64,000 nucleotides of DNA, taken from the NCBI GenBank assembly GCA_963575745.1, contig CAUYUJ010000070.1:558001-622000 (forward strand), given 5' to 3'. Shown here one piece after another: positions 36,800-49,112 of this stretch. This DNA is from Prorocentrum cordatum. Its lineage: Eukaryota. Numbering within the stretch: the stretch's first letter is position 1; every line of letters starts with the position of its first letter. The notes below the pieces were generated by a model. That model was given only the letters and a program-made list of their open reading frames with translations, was not told the origin of the DNA and searched no databases. A program made the position numbers and the translations under genes.

Positions 36800-38300
36800 C
36801 GCGCTCTGCGTCTGCAGGTGGACGCCGACGGAGAATAGGCAGCTACTGGCGCAGCTCGGGCAGGCGGGGTTCAGTCACGAGTTGGTCGGCGCCGCGTCGA
36901 AGCGGCTCTGCGGGAGGCGCCCGATGGCCAAGGGGCAAAGTTACGAGTGCTCCGTGGATGCGTTGCCTGCCTCCACGTGGCACGCGCTGCTGAGCCCAGC
37001 CGAATCGTTCGCTTCGAAGCTTGTCAGCGCGATGCGCCGCCTGGAGCGCCTCGGGCTCCGCAACCCTTCCGAGGCGACGTTTGGCATGCCAGGTGCGCTC
37101 ACGTGCCTGGCGCGCTAACGATCAGGCATCGAGAAGAACACGCCGACCCCGCAGTTCTTGGATGTGCATTTGCAGTTGGCGAAGACCACGCGGCGCCCCC
37201 CCGCGTACACGGCTGCCCGGGGCAAGGCGGCTGAGTTCGTCGGCGAAGCGTTCGCCCCGGAGGGGCCCGCGCATGCGACATTTGGGCTTCTCGGGACGCA
37301 GGCCCTCATGAGGTTCATCAATTTGCGCGGCTGCAAAGCCGCAGCGGGTGGCGCCCAGGCAAAGCTACAGCGGGCGGCGTTGGCGCCGATCGCCATCGCG
37401 CCCCCGACCGCCCTCGCGCGCCTGGCGCCGCCGCTCCAGACGCTAGCCGCGACGCCAGTCGCGACGCCCCCCTTGGCAGCCGCGACGCCAGCGGCGTTGC
37501 CGTTGGGGGTGATCCCAGTCCACAGCACCCGTGGCGGGCGGCCGAACCCCGCGGCGGGCGCCCTCTCGCAGCGCAGGCCCGCGCCGCCCCCCCCCCCCCC
37601 CCAGCAGCTCCCGCGGGCAAGCCCGCCGCGAAGTCGGGCGCGGCGAGCGCGGCCGCGGCTTCAGGGTCGGCCGCCGGCCCCCAGGCCCCCCGCCTCGACG
37701 TCGCGGCGCTGAGCTCGAGCGAGTCCGAGGTGGACGCGAAGGAGGCACAGCAGAAGAAGGCAAATGTTCTTTGACGGTAACCTGGGCCCTCCCCCGCTGC
37801 CCCCGCGATTCACGGGGGCGCGCCGCTGCCCTGGGCAGCGGCGCGCCCTCTGCGCGCGGGGGCGCCGCAGGCGCGGCGACTGGTTATTGCCACTGCCGAG
37901 GTGAAGCCGAAATTGCCGCCGGCGAAGCTGCCTGCTGACGCTGCCCTGGCCCTCCTCCAGGCGGCGGGGCAACGCGCGGCCTCTGGCTGGAAAGCACAGA
38001 AGGGTCAGAAGAAGCAGAGGAGGTCCGATGCGGTGGCGGCCCTCGCGAAACAGGCGGCCTCGACGAAGACAGATGCTTCGGCGAAGAAGAAGGCCTCGGC
38101 GAAGCCGTCGGCGGCGAAGGCAATGGCTTCGGCGACGCCGAAGGCGAAGGCGAAGGCGAAGGCGGCATCAGGCAAGCTGAAAGCACCGCGGTGGGACGAC
38201 GAGACCACTCGCAGCCAGATCCCCCTCAGGAACGGGCGCTTCGGGCCAGGCGGCGCCAAGTCCAGGAAGTACAAGAACGGCGTCGAAAAGGACACCTCTG
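36800..38300 (+). pseudogene. Degenerate accessory ORF(s): LGLRNPSEATF-containing segment plus a Lys/Ala-rich basic segment
   Basis: Protein-like translation in parts of ORFs 36318..37118 and 37901..38638, broken by frameshifts; function unknown. Confidence 0.45.
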
Positions 38301-39330
38301 GGTCCCACCCCCCCAGTCCGATCGGCGCGGCCACGGGGCTCAATGCGCGGCAGCGCGGCGCGTCGCTGCGTAGCGCCGTGGCCGCGCGTGGCCTCGCTGC
38401 AATCATAGACGCAAGAGACCTCGCGAGCCACTTTGCGTCTATAGCGGCTTCCATCTGCCACTCAGGAGGCCGCCATCGCCTGGGCCAAGGCGACGGTGCA
38501 GAGCGAGCTCGAGACCCGCAGCCGCGAGCTCTGAGGCGACCCGCCTCGGCGGCGCGACGCACCTCTCGGGCGGCCCTGCTGCGGGCGGCGCGCGGGGCGC
38601 CTAGCCCGCGTTCAGAAAACAAAAAACTCGGATCGTAATACGAGTCCAGTCGGCCCCTGTTGGTCCCCGCGCTGCTCCTCTGCAGCCGTTTCTCTTGCGG
38701 TCGAGGCGGTTCTCTCTGGTTTGTCTGGCGGTGCACCGCCGCCACCTGACGTCGGCGGTGTTCCGCCTTTTGTTCGTTCGATTACCATGGCCATCCTCAT
38801 TTGCGCGACCCCCCCCCGCCCCCCCCTCCCCGCCCCCCCCGCGCCTCTTCAATTCACGCAGCCCGCCCCGTGGGCCCCGCGGCCCCCGCTGGCGGCGCCC
38901 CCCCCCCCCCACCCACCCCCCACCCCCCGCGCCGCCCCGCAGCCGCGGGCGGGTGCCCATGGCGAGCGCGGGCGCGGCCAGCAGCGCCAGCGGCGACTCC
39001 GCGGAGGCGCCGAGAATTCAGAAAACGCTTGCTCAGCCCATAGCGTTCGCTTGGGCAGTGCAGCTCGGCTTCCTGGATTCCCGCTGAGATGCACTTGGCG
39101 GCCCCAGGGGCGAGCGAGGCGCTCTTCGAGCGGGTCGCCGAAGCCCTGAACCTCTTCGAGATGATGTACGCCAAGGCTCGGGGGGAGACGGATCGAGCGC
39201 GCCCGGGGCCCACGCGCCCCCCCCCCCCCCCCTCCTTCGACCGCGTTGGCCTGGATGCGGGCGGCGGCGGGGCGGGGCCCAGGGCCGACGGTGCTCTCGG
39301 CGTTTACCTTGCCTTGCGCAGGAGGCTGGC

Positions 39331-40167
39331 ATGGATGACATCATCGCCGACCCCGCGCCCCCAGGGTTGGAGACGGCGGAGGGCTCCGCCAGCAGCGGCT
39401 CCGACGGCCCCCCCGACGTCGGCCCGGCGACGGCACCGACAATCACCCCCGTCCACCTCCAGGGCGCCGCGCCGAAGTCGCCGCCACGTCGCACCCGAGA
39501 CGTCGGCGGCGCGCGGCGGCCGCAGCAGCAGCATCAGCAGCTGCCGTCGCAGCAGCCTCAGCCGCAGCAGGAGCCGCAGCCGCAGCCCCATCCGCAGCAG
39601 GAGCCGCAGCAGGAGCCGCAGCCGCAGCCTCAGCCGCAGCAGAAGGAAAAAGGCTTCCCGTGGCGCGCGGCGCCGCCGCGAGCAGGCGCGCCCAACGTGG
39701 GCGCCTTCGTCGCCAAGGTGCCCGAGGTGCCGAAAGCGTTCTCGGCGCCAGAGGCAGTGGTGCAGGCGCACAAGTTCTTGCGCTCGCTGTTGAGCGAGGA
39801 CGCGCCCATCGCCTGGAACGCCGAGCGCGTGGCCAAACCACTCGAGCTGCTGCAGCGGCACGTCGGCCTGTGGGGTCGCGCGACCAGGGGGCCGCCCGCG
39901 CCCGCGCACGGTGGCCCGCAGACATGGCGCGGCCAGACGTGGCGCAAGAGCGGCATGCGCTGGGGCAACCGCGGCGGCTCCGGCGCCAAGTCGGCGCACT
40001 ACGCCGCCAAATACGGCCGCGCGCCGCCGCCCAGCGCTCCGCAGGCCGACGGCCCCTACGTCGCGCCGTCGCCGAAGTGGCCGCCGCCGCCGCCCCCGCG
40101 GCCTCCCGCGAAGGCGCGCCCCGCGGCGGCGGCGCCGCCGCCGCCGCCATGGCGGCGCGGCTTGTAG
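39331..40167 (+). CDS. Hypothetical Pro/Gln-rich protein (278 aa), probably transposon accessory
   Basis: ATG-started ORF with a coherent C-terminal GPQTWRGQTWRKSGMRWGNRGG motif. Confidence 0.4.
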   Translation: MDDIIADPAPPGLETAEGSASSGSDGPPDVGPATAPTITPVHLQGAAPKSPPRRTRDVGGARRPQQQHQQLPSQQPQPQQEPQPQPHPQQEPQQEPQPQPQPQQKEKGFPWRAAPPRAGAPNVGAFVAKVPEVPKAFSAPEAVVQAHKFLRSLLSEDAPIAWNAERVAKPLELLQRHVGLWGRATRGPPAPAHGGPQTWRGQTWRKSGMRWGNRGGSGAKSAHYAAKYGRAPPPSAPQADGPYVAPSPKWPPPPPPRPPAKARPAAAAPPPPPWRRGL

Positions 40168-43100
40168 CGCTGAGGCCCGTGGGCCAGCGGCCCTGACGAG
40201 GTCGCGGCGACAACCCCCTCGGAGGTCGGACGCCGACTGAAACATCCATCGGGGGGCGGGGCGATGCGGGGGCGGAGGGGCGGTGGACGGCGGGCCAGGA
40301 TACAAATCGGAAAGGACGCGGGCGGCAGGGGTTTCGGTCGGCATCTGATCTCCGATTTGTTCAGCTGATCGCAGGCGCGGCGCGGGCCCGTCCGCGGCAC
40401 GGCGCGCGCGGGCGGGCGCGGGCCCGACCGCGAATATCGCTTGCGCACCTCGCAATTGGCGGGGCACCGCCTGCCGCCGGTTCTCGCTGCCCCCAAAACT
40501 TCGCCCAACTGCGGCGGTGCACCGCCTGCCATCGGCTCTCGTCGGCGGCACTCCGCCGAACCTCGGCGGCGCACCGCCTGCGCGCGCCCCATCCGCCGCC
40601 CACCCTTCCCCCACCATTCCCCTCATGATGTTGTCCGCTCCCGCAGGCTCTGGCTCGAGCTTGCGCCGAGCCCCTCCCGCGCGCGCCATCGCGGGCGGCC
40701 CTCCTTCGCGCCGTCCTTCGCGCGTGCTCTCGCGGCCCCCCAGCGCGGCTTGCTTCGCGCGCGGTCTCGCGCTCTTCGGCTACTGCTGCCTCTGCGGCTT
40801 CGCGATGCCCGTGATCACCATCTTCGGCATCAACTGCCCCTTGTCGGGAAGCTGCAACAAGGGCGGCCACTTCTTCCAGGGCGCGACGGCCGAGGAGGCG
40901 CAGCTCAGCTTGAAGAACAACCTTCAGAAGAGCTCGCACCACCTGCTGGAGGAGGTCGACGCCGAGCGCCAGCTGTCCATCGCCAAGGTCGGCGCGACCG
41001 AACGCACGCACGCCCGCGTTTTTCGGCGGGCCTCGGCGGCGCTCGGCACACCGAGGTCCGAGCGCTGCCGAGGTCCGACGAATGGCGCGAGCGGGGCGGG
41101 GCGCGCTTGAAGGTCTAGGAGTGGACGGAGGACACCGACGAGCGGGAGCGCTGGCAGCGGGTCAACGACGAGAACTGGGCGCAGCGCAACCGCCGCCGCG
41201 GTTCCCGCTCGTCGCCGCACTCGCCTCCCCCCGAGCAAGTTGCTGCTCTGAACCAGTCGGCGACCCTCGCGGCGTTCCCGAAGGGCAGCGGGAAGGGTGC
41301 GCCGATGACCCTCAGCGTCGGCGGCCCGAGCGCGCACGTTTCCGCTGGCGTCGCGGCCGACGCCACCGCGGCGCTGAATTCGCAGCAGTGCCAGGTGATC
41401 CTGGACTCCGTCACCAGGGCGAGGACGTGCGCGGCAGCCTGCCAGGCAGTGGCGGAGAGGAGCCTCACGGCCTTCCGCGCCGAGTAGGCGGCCCTCGGCG
41501 ACCTCCACGAGACGATGGCGTCGTGGCTCGCGAACAACGCGTCGCGAGGCCGCGACGCCGCGCCCCGGCGCCCTGCCCCGCTCTCGGAGGGGTGGAGGAG
41601 AAGGAAGAGGAGGAGGAAAAGGAGGAGGAGGAGGAGGAGGAGGAGGAAGAGGGGCGGAGGAGGAGGAGGAGGATAAGGAGGAGGAGGAGGAGGAGGAGGA
41701 CCTCTTCGGCCGCCCGCGGTGCTCGGTCGGCCCGCGCCGCCCGCCCTGCCTGCCGTCGCGCTCGCGGCGCTCGCGAGCGCGACGCCTTCGCGCTCGCGGC
41801 ACTCGCGAGCGCGCCGTCCCCGAGGCATTCGCGAGCCTCGCTGGCGCTCGGCCTGCCGTCGCGCCCGCTGCCTCTGAGGCCCGACGCCTCGGAGGCACTC
41901 GCGAGCGCCCGCGGCCTCCGCGGGGGCCCGACGCCGACTGACAGACCGGGGAGGGGTAGGGGGGGGAGGTGCGGGGGGCGGCAGGGCGGGCAGTGACTCG
42001 GCGGGGGGCGGGCGGGAAGGCTGTCGGTCGGCTTCTGGCCCCCGCAACCCTTCATTAATTGTGGCGTGCGCTCGCGGCTCTCTTCTCGTCGCGGGACAGT
42101 CCGCGACGCGCGCCCGCTAGCGCCGCTGGCAGAAAGTTCGAGGGCGGGCGACGGCGGCGGCGACGACGACAACGAGGCCGACGACGGCGACGACGACGAC
42201 GACGACGAGGACGAGGACGACGACGACGGCCATTCGGATCACCGCCATCATCATCATCAACATCGTCATCATCATCATCAGCATCAGCATCATCATCATC
42301 AGCAGCATCATCACCATCACCATCACCATCACCACCTCATCACCACAAACATCGTCGCCACATAATCATGGCGAATAGCGGAGTATCGCGGCGTATCTCG
42401 GCGCATCGCGGCGCATCGCGGCATATCGCGGCGGCGCGATACGCCGCGATACGCCGCGATACGCCGCGATACGCGGCACGGTGTACTTGGGTGACGACGT
42501 CGCCCGACGGACGGCGACGACTGCGATGATGACGGACGGGGCCGACGACGGCGACGACGGCGACTACCATCCTCATCGCCAATATCATCATCACCACCTC
42601 ATCACCACCAACATCGCCACCACCATCATCATCACGGCGACGACGACGACGTCGACCACCATCACGACCTTCATCATCATCGCCATCATCATCACGACGA
42701 CGACGATCATCATCACCACCACCATAATTACAACCACCACCTCATAGACACCATCATCGTATCCCATCCTCGTCGCCGCACCACCAACTCCTCATTTGCA
42801 CGTGTTCGTCGGCGGAACACCGCCCATCGGTTGCCTTGAGCCCAAAAGAATTGGGGGGCTCATGGCCCAGGTGGCCGCGTCGGCGGGGCACCGCCCATTG
42901 TTTTGTTTAACGTCTTCGTCGGCGGCGCACCGCCCATCGGTCGTCGTTGTCGGCGGCGCACCGCCCATTGTTTGACGTTTTCGTCGGCGGCGCACCGCGC
43001 GTCGGTCGTCGTTGTCGGCGGCGCACCGCCCATTGTTTGCATGTCTTCGTCGGCGGCGCACCCCCCCCCCGCTCGTCGTTGTCGGCGGCGCACCGCCCAC

Positions 43101-43396
43101 TGTTCGCATGGCTTCGTCGGCGGCGCAACGCCCAACTGTTGTCCTTGTCGGCGGCGCACCGCCCATTGTTTGCATGGCTTCGTCGGAGGCACGCCGCCCA
43201 ACTGTTGTCCCTGTCGCGGCTGTCGCATCGCGCCGCGCGTCTTCGGCGGCGCACCGCCTGTTGTTCCAATCGTTCGCCCATTGCTGTCTCGTTCCCCTTG
43301 CCCCTGCCCCCTGCCATCCTCCAATGGCGCCCCCCAGAGCTGCTTCGGCCCCTGCGCGCCCGCAGCGCGCCAGCGCCGCGTGCGCCGCGCGCGCCA

Positions 43397-45472
43397 TGGA
43401 GCAGCCCGAGGCGCAGCCCGAGGCGCAGCCCGAGGCGCAGCCCGAAGCGAAGTCGCCCGCGCACCCCCCCCCCCTCCGACTCGGGTGGCGAGGCAGCCTC
43501 GGTGAAGAACGAGGCGCAGGAAGCAGGCTGGGTGAAGGCCGAGGAAGGCGCCAGCACCGTGGCGGAGGCCCGTGCACCTTCGGCTTCGCCCAAGGCCAAG
43601 TCGCCTGCGCCTCCGCAGGAGCCGCCGCCGCAGGGGAGCGCGGCGCGCGCGCCCGAGGGGTCCGCGGCGCCTGCGAAGCCACCGCCGATGAAGAGAGGGC
43701 CTGCCCTCCGCCGCCCCGCCGCCGCGCAGCCCTCCAAGCAGCCCCCCGCGCAGGCCTTGCTTGCTCAGTTCTTGACAGCGAAGAAGAGCGGAGGGGCGCC
43801 GCCAGCGCAGCCAGCGGAGGGCGCGCAGGTCAGCAAGGCCAAGGCAAAGCAGAAGGCGAAGGCCAAGCAGCAGGCGAAGGCAAAGCAGCAGGCGAAGGCC
43901 AAGGGAGCAGCAAAGGCGGCACCACCGCCGCAGGAGGCAGACGCAGCAGCCGGGGCGGAGGAGGCAGAGCCACAGCAGCAGGCTAAGGCGCGCCATCAGC
44001 GGAAGAAGGCAGAGGCGGCAGCAGAGGCGGCAGCAGAGGCGCCGTCAGCAGAGGCGCCCCTGGCCGCGGCCTCAGAGGCACCTCCCAGCACGGCCCAAGC
44101 AGAGGGAGGCCACTTCGCCACGGGCTACGACCCACCTCGCGGAGGCCCGACGCGCCCCAAGTGCGGTCGCGATGCGGAGAGCGTCCGGTTCAGGCTGGCC
44201 CAGAAGAGCGTCAACACGCGGTGGTGTGGGAGCTGCAGCAACAAGAGCTCGACGGTGCAGCGCAACTATGCGTTCTGGCCACCGCGCTCGTTCGCGCTCA
44301 TGCGCAAGGTGGACCAGCAGGCGTTCTGGCGCTCCATGGACGACCCTGCCATTGAGAACAGCGTGCAGTTCGAAGAGCAGCTGGTGAGGGTCCTCAGCGT
44401 CGCGAGGAAGGAGCGGCTCACGGAGAGCAGGGGCGGGAACTGGAAGCCCTTGTCCGTCTGGACCCAGGAGGGGTTCGACGCGGACGCCATGCGCGCCCAC
44501 AACGACGCGAGGTACAAGTCGGACCTGAAGCAGGATTGCTACCGCATCCGCATCGAGGGCAGCAGGGAGGAGAGCATCGAAGAGACAGTGAGGCGGGAGC
44601 TCCAGGAGAACAAGAGGCCGCCGAGGCCGCCGTCCCCGCCGAAGCACCGCTCGCCGAGCGGCAGCTGCGAGGGCCGATCGGACGGGAGCGTGGAGCGCAC
44701 AGGAAGCCGCAGCGTCGACAACCGCCGCTCAAGGAGCCGCAAGGGGAAGCGGGGCCAGAAAGGCCGTTCGCGCAGCCGCGGCCGCAAGGCGGCCAGCACG
44801 AAGGGCCGCTCGACGAGCCGCGGCCGCAGGGCGGCCAGCACGAAGGGCCGCTCGACGAGCCGCGGCCGCAGGGCGGCCAGCACGAAGGGCTGCTCGAGGA
44901 GCCGCGGCCGCGCGGCGGCCAGCACGAAGGGCCGCTCGAGGAGCCGCAAGGCGCACAGCAAGAAGGGGAAGAACCGCTCGAGGAGCCGCCAGGAACACAG
45001 CAAGAGGGCGAAGAAGCTCTCCCCCAGCCGCAAGAAGGACCGCTCGACGAGCCGCAAGGAGCACGGCAAGAGGGCGAAGGACCGCTCGCGCAGCCGCGGC
45101 AGGCGCGAGCGCAGCAAGAGCCGCGCCAGGAGGGACCGCAGCGAGCAGAAGCGTGTCCAGAAGGCCATGAAGGATCGCAAGGCGTTGGCGATGAAGACTC
45201 TGGAGAAGACGGGGTCCCGGGACGTGCAGCTCGCATCGCCCATCGACGACGATGACTGCAAAAAGGTGCCCAGCTGGGCGGCGAAGAACGCCAAGGACAG
45301 CCAGAAGGAGATCTCGAAGCCCAGAGGTGCCGCGAAGTCGTCGCCCGAGGACCCCAAGGGGAGCCTGCCGTTCGAGTCGAAGGCCCTGGAGGAGGCCACC
45401 GTAGAGGCCAAGCTCGCCGTCGGAGGCCTGCGTTCGGCCATCGAGCACGCGAGCTGCCCAACTTCCTTTTGA
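43397..45472 (+). pseudogene. Hypothetical protein with Cys motif, W-rich core and Arg/Ser-rich tract (part of ORF 42947..45472)
   Basis: KCGR...WCGSC...WPPRSF...QQAFW...WKPLSVWTQEGFD, then RS repeats and a helical C-terminus; the start is probably frameshifted. Confidence 0.55.
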
Positions 45473-46479
45473 TCCATCGGGGCCCTGACCGCGATCGCAC
45501 GGCCGACCGACGCGCTGAGAAGGCGTGGATGGGCGATTCGAGCGAGCAACCGCGACAGGCGGCTCCGCCGACCGTGCCCGCCGAGATCCTATAGAGATCC
45601 GCACCTCGACCGAACGATCGCGATCGATCGCGTTTGGATCGATCGCGTTGGGATCGATCGCGTTTGGGTCGATCGCGCCTGGATCGATCGCGTTTGGATC
45701 GATCGCGTTTGGGCCCCGATCGATCGCGTTTGGATCGATCGCGTTTGGGTCCCGATCATGCTTCTGTAGGCGAAGAAGTACAACAAGAAGTCCGCCCTGA
45801 GCTCGAGCCCGCCAGAAACTGCGACGCCCTGAGATGGGCGGCGGCGCCGCGCTGGCAGGCGCGCTGGAGGCGCCCTGGACGTCTGCCACCGCCCGCGCAG
45901 ACTTCCATTGGTTTGGACAAAACGCCCATTCATCCTTCGTCCGCCCCCCCCCCCCCCCCCCCTCCTCACCCACGGCGCCCTCGTCTTCATGCTCCTCGTT
46001 TTTTTTTCTGGCGGTGCGCCGCCCATGACCGGCCGTCCGCCGACGGCGGTGCTCCGCCTCCTGCCCATGCCCCGCGCCCCTCTGGCGGTGCACCGCCCGT
46101 TGTCCATTCGTCGTCGGCGGCGCTCCGCGTCTTGATCTCTGCAATCGCTCCTCCGACCCCCCCCCCTCCCCGCCCCACTTCATCACTCGAAGGGCGCGCT
46201 GCGCCTCGCGCGCTCCGCCGCCGCCGCCCGCGCGGCGGGGGCGGCGCCCGCGGCGGCGCGCCAGCGCCATGGCAGAGTGATGGCGAGCCCCCTCTACGCC
46301 CTGCCAGGGGCGCGGGGGGGGGGCCTTCTGCCAAGCGGCAGGGGCTGCAGGAGGCAGCGCATCTGCGGGGCGCCTCGCGGGCGGTGCTGGACAGGTGCAC
46401 GGAATTCAAAAGTCATCCTGCGCAATGTGTTTGGGAGGGTTTGTTTTTGCTCGAACAGATAAAAATTAACATGCACGTT

Positions 46480-48200
46480 CATGCGCACCCCCCCGCCCAC
46501 CCCGCGCAGGGTGTCCCGCGCCCTGCTGCGGGACGACGGCGAACACGCGACGGCGGCCACCGCGGGCGCCGACGCGGCTCGAGCTGTGTCGCCGCTTCTG
46601 GACGTCATCGAACTGCCGCGCCGAGGCGGCGGCCCAGCGTTCAGGCGGACTGCGCGCTTGCCCGACAAGCTCGCCCCGAAGCTTGCCCACCAGGCGGGGC
46701 CTTGGAGCGAGCGGTTCTGGGCGGCGATGCAGGTGTTCCCTTCGTCGCCAGCGCAACCGCGGCGCATGCTGCTCTACCGCGACGACGTGGTCGTCGGCGC
46801 GCAGCTCAGAGCTGCAAACCGCAGGGCGTCCATTGCCGTGTACATCAGTTTCTTGGAGCTGGGCACATACCGTCAAGAAGAGGGCGCCTGGCTCCCGCTG
46901 GGAGTCCTTCGCTCAGAGGAAAAGAAGCAGGTCTGCACAGCGGGCCTGGCAAGGGCCGTCCTGCGGCGCCTCTTCCTCGGGCCCGGGCGCGGCGCTTCCG
47001 ACGTCGGCGCGCCTCGGCTGCACTTTAAGTGCCACAGGCTGAGCATGGGCGAAAGCGCGGGCAAGGACACCTTTTTCGTACGAGGGCTCTGGCGGTTGGC
47101 GGCCCCGCTGCAGCTGCAAGAACGTCGTGCTCGACCAAGGGTCTGGCAGTCTGAGCCCATGGGACCCGACTGGTTACCTGGTGGGCCTCGCTTGCGTCGA
47201 AGCCTCGAGGTTCGACCCGTTCACTGCGGAGGCGCCGGGGGCGGGCAATGCGCGACCGACGACGCCGTGCTTTCACGCTCGGCGCGCCGCCACAAAGGGG
47301 CGGCCGCGCGCGAGGGCGCTGGCGTTCGCGGTCACCGCCCGCGGCCCGCCCCCCAAGGAGTTCGCGACCGCGCACGACGAGCTCGTGCAACTGCAACGTA
47401 CGGCGAGCCCAGGGCCGTTCGCGAATCTCCAGTCCGCGTACGGCATCACAGTGAACGAGTTGTCCCTGATGGCCGACGTGGAACTCAGACGTGTTTGCCC
47501 GCTGGACACATACACGCGCGACCCGATGCACATCATCCTGGCGAGCGGAGGCACGTTTCAGGTGGAGGTGTTCTGCTTGTACAGAGCAGTGGCGCGCGTG
47601 ATCCCCGACGCGTGGGATCGGCGGCGAAACGAATTCCAGCGCTGGGCTCCAGGGCGCGGCGGAGGGAAAGCTCCGCTGCATCTCTTCTCCCCAGCCAGGA
47701 AGAAAGCCTGCGTCGAAGCAGGGCATTTCGACGGCTCTGCGTCGGACTGCCTCGCCGTCCTGCCGTTCCTGAGGAATTGGCTCCATGTGGATTGATTGCC
47801 GCGACACCCTCTCTTCCAGGCCCACGTGCGGTCCTTTGATGCCATGCATGGCGTCCTGGAACTTTACTTGGCGGCGAAACGCGGCGGTTGCCCAGACACG
47901 TTCGAGGCCGATTTCAAGCGCCATGTCGGGTTGGCGCTCAGGAAGCACGTGCGCGCCTACACGGACGCGTGGGTCGTGCCTAAACATCACTATCTTCGGC
48001 ACGCAGCTGCGCAGGCGGCGGAGGATGGGTTGATGCTCGATTGCTTTGTGTTCGAGCGGAAGCACAAACTCATCAAGGACACCGCGGGACACTATGACCG
48101 CTTAGAAGGCATGGACAAGGATGTGATCACCCAAGTCGTGGCCACGTACCTGCAAGAGTCCTTCGCCGCGCAGCGCCAGTCGCACAAACGGTGGCCGACC
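46480..48200 (+). pseudogene. CACTA/EnSpm (CMC)-like DDE transposase, frameshifted
   Basis: LLYRDDVVVGAQL, YISFLELG, DPMHIILASG, PKHHYLRH and DCFVFERKHKLIK follow the order of CMC motifs YxDD / DxMH / PKxH / FExKH. Confidence 0.72.
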
Positions 48201-49090
48201 CCTGAACTCGAGGGGACCATCGGGCAGCGCGGTCGGGGCAAAATGGGCCTGGCGCACGCGCGAGCGCGCGGCTTGGCCCCGACGGGGGCGCCCCCGTGCA
48301 TTCAGGCGCGCCCTTTCGGGGCAACGCCGAGGCTCGCGCGCGCACCAGGGCCCATCCAGGCACGGCGCGCTGACTTGTCGTCGGGCTGCGGTCGGCGGCC
48401 TCGTCTACGGCAGCGGGGACGCGTGGCTCGACGATCGTGGAGCCGCTGGACTTGGTGGTGTCGCGGCCTGCGCCTGGGGAGTCCGCGTGGCGGCCGCGAG
48501 GAGGACCGAGGGGTGGCCACAAAGAGGGGGGGAGGGGAGATGGGGGACGAGGCGGAGGGGGGGACGGAAGGCGGAGGGGGAGAAGGAGAAGGGGGGGCGA
48601 GGAGGAGGGGAGGGTTCCCCCCGCTCCGCCGCCCCATAGGATGCGGCGCGCTGGTTGCCGAGGGCGTTCCGCGGCTCCGCCTGGGCCCCGGTCCCACCCC
48701 AGGCTCCGACCCGATTTCCGGCTCCCCTGGCCGGCCCCGGCTCCCGGCCCCCAACCCCGCTCCCGGTCCCGGTCCTGGCCCCAGTCCCGGCCCTGGCCCC
48801 GGCTCCAGGTGCCCGCACAGGCCCCGACCCTGGCTCTGGCAATGGCCGCGGCCCCCGCCCGGCTCCTGGCCCCGGCCCCAGCCCTGGCCCCGCGGCCCTG
48901 GCCCCGGCCCTGGCTCTGGGCTGGGCCCCGGCCCTGATCCCGGCTCCCGGTCCCGGCTCCGGTGACGGCTCCGGTCCCTGTTCCACCCCCGGCCCCTCCT
49001 AAGCATCTTCGTGGTCAACACTGATGAACAATATTCGACATTATTGAACCACGTCACTTTGACCCTAAATGCGCTTGATCCGAAAAAGAC

Positions 49091-49112
49091 ATTGAGCCAG
49101 AATGGCTACGGA
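49091..49112 (-). other. Dinoflagellate spliced-leader (DinoSL) relic
   Basis: Minus strand TCCGTAGCCATTCTGGCTCAAT vs DinoSL DCCGTAGCCATTTTGGCTCAAG (20/22). Confidence 0.85.

Noticed and set aside
42810..43260. Palindromic repeats with variable spacers as a CRISPR array
   Set aside because: Repeats are short and degenerate, spacers are related to one another and irregular, and there are no cas genes
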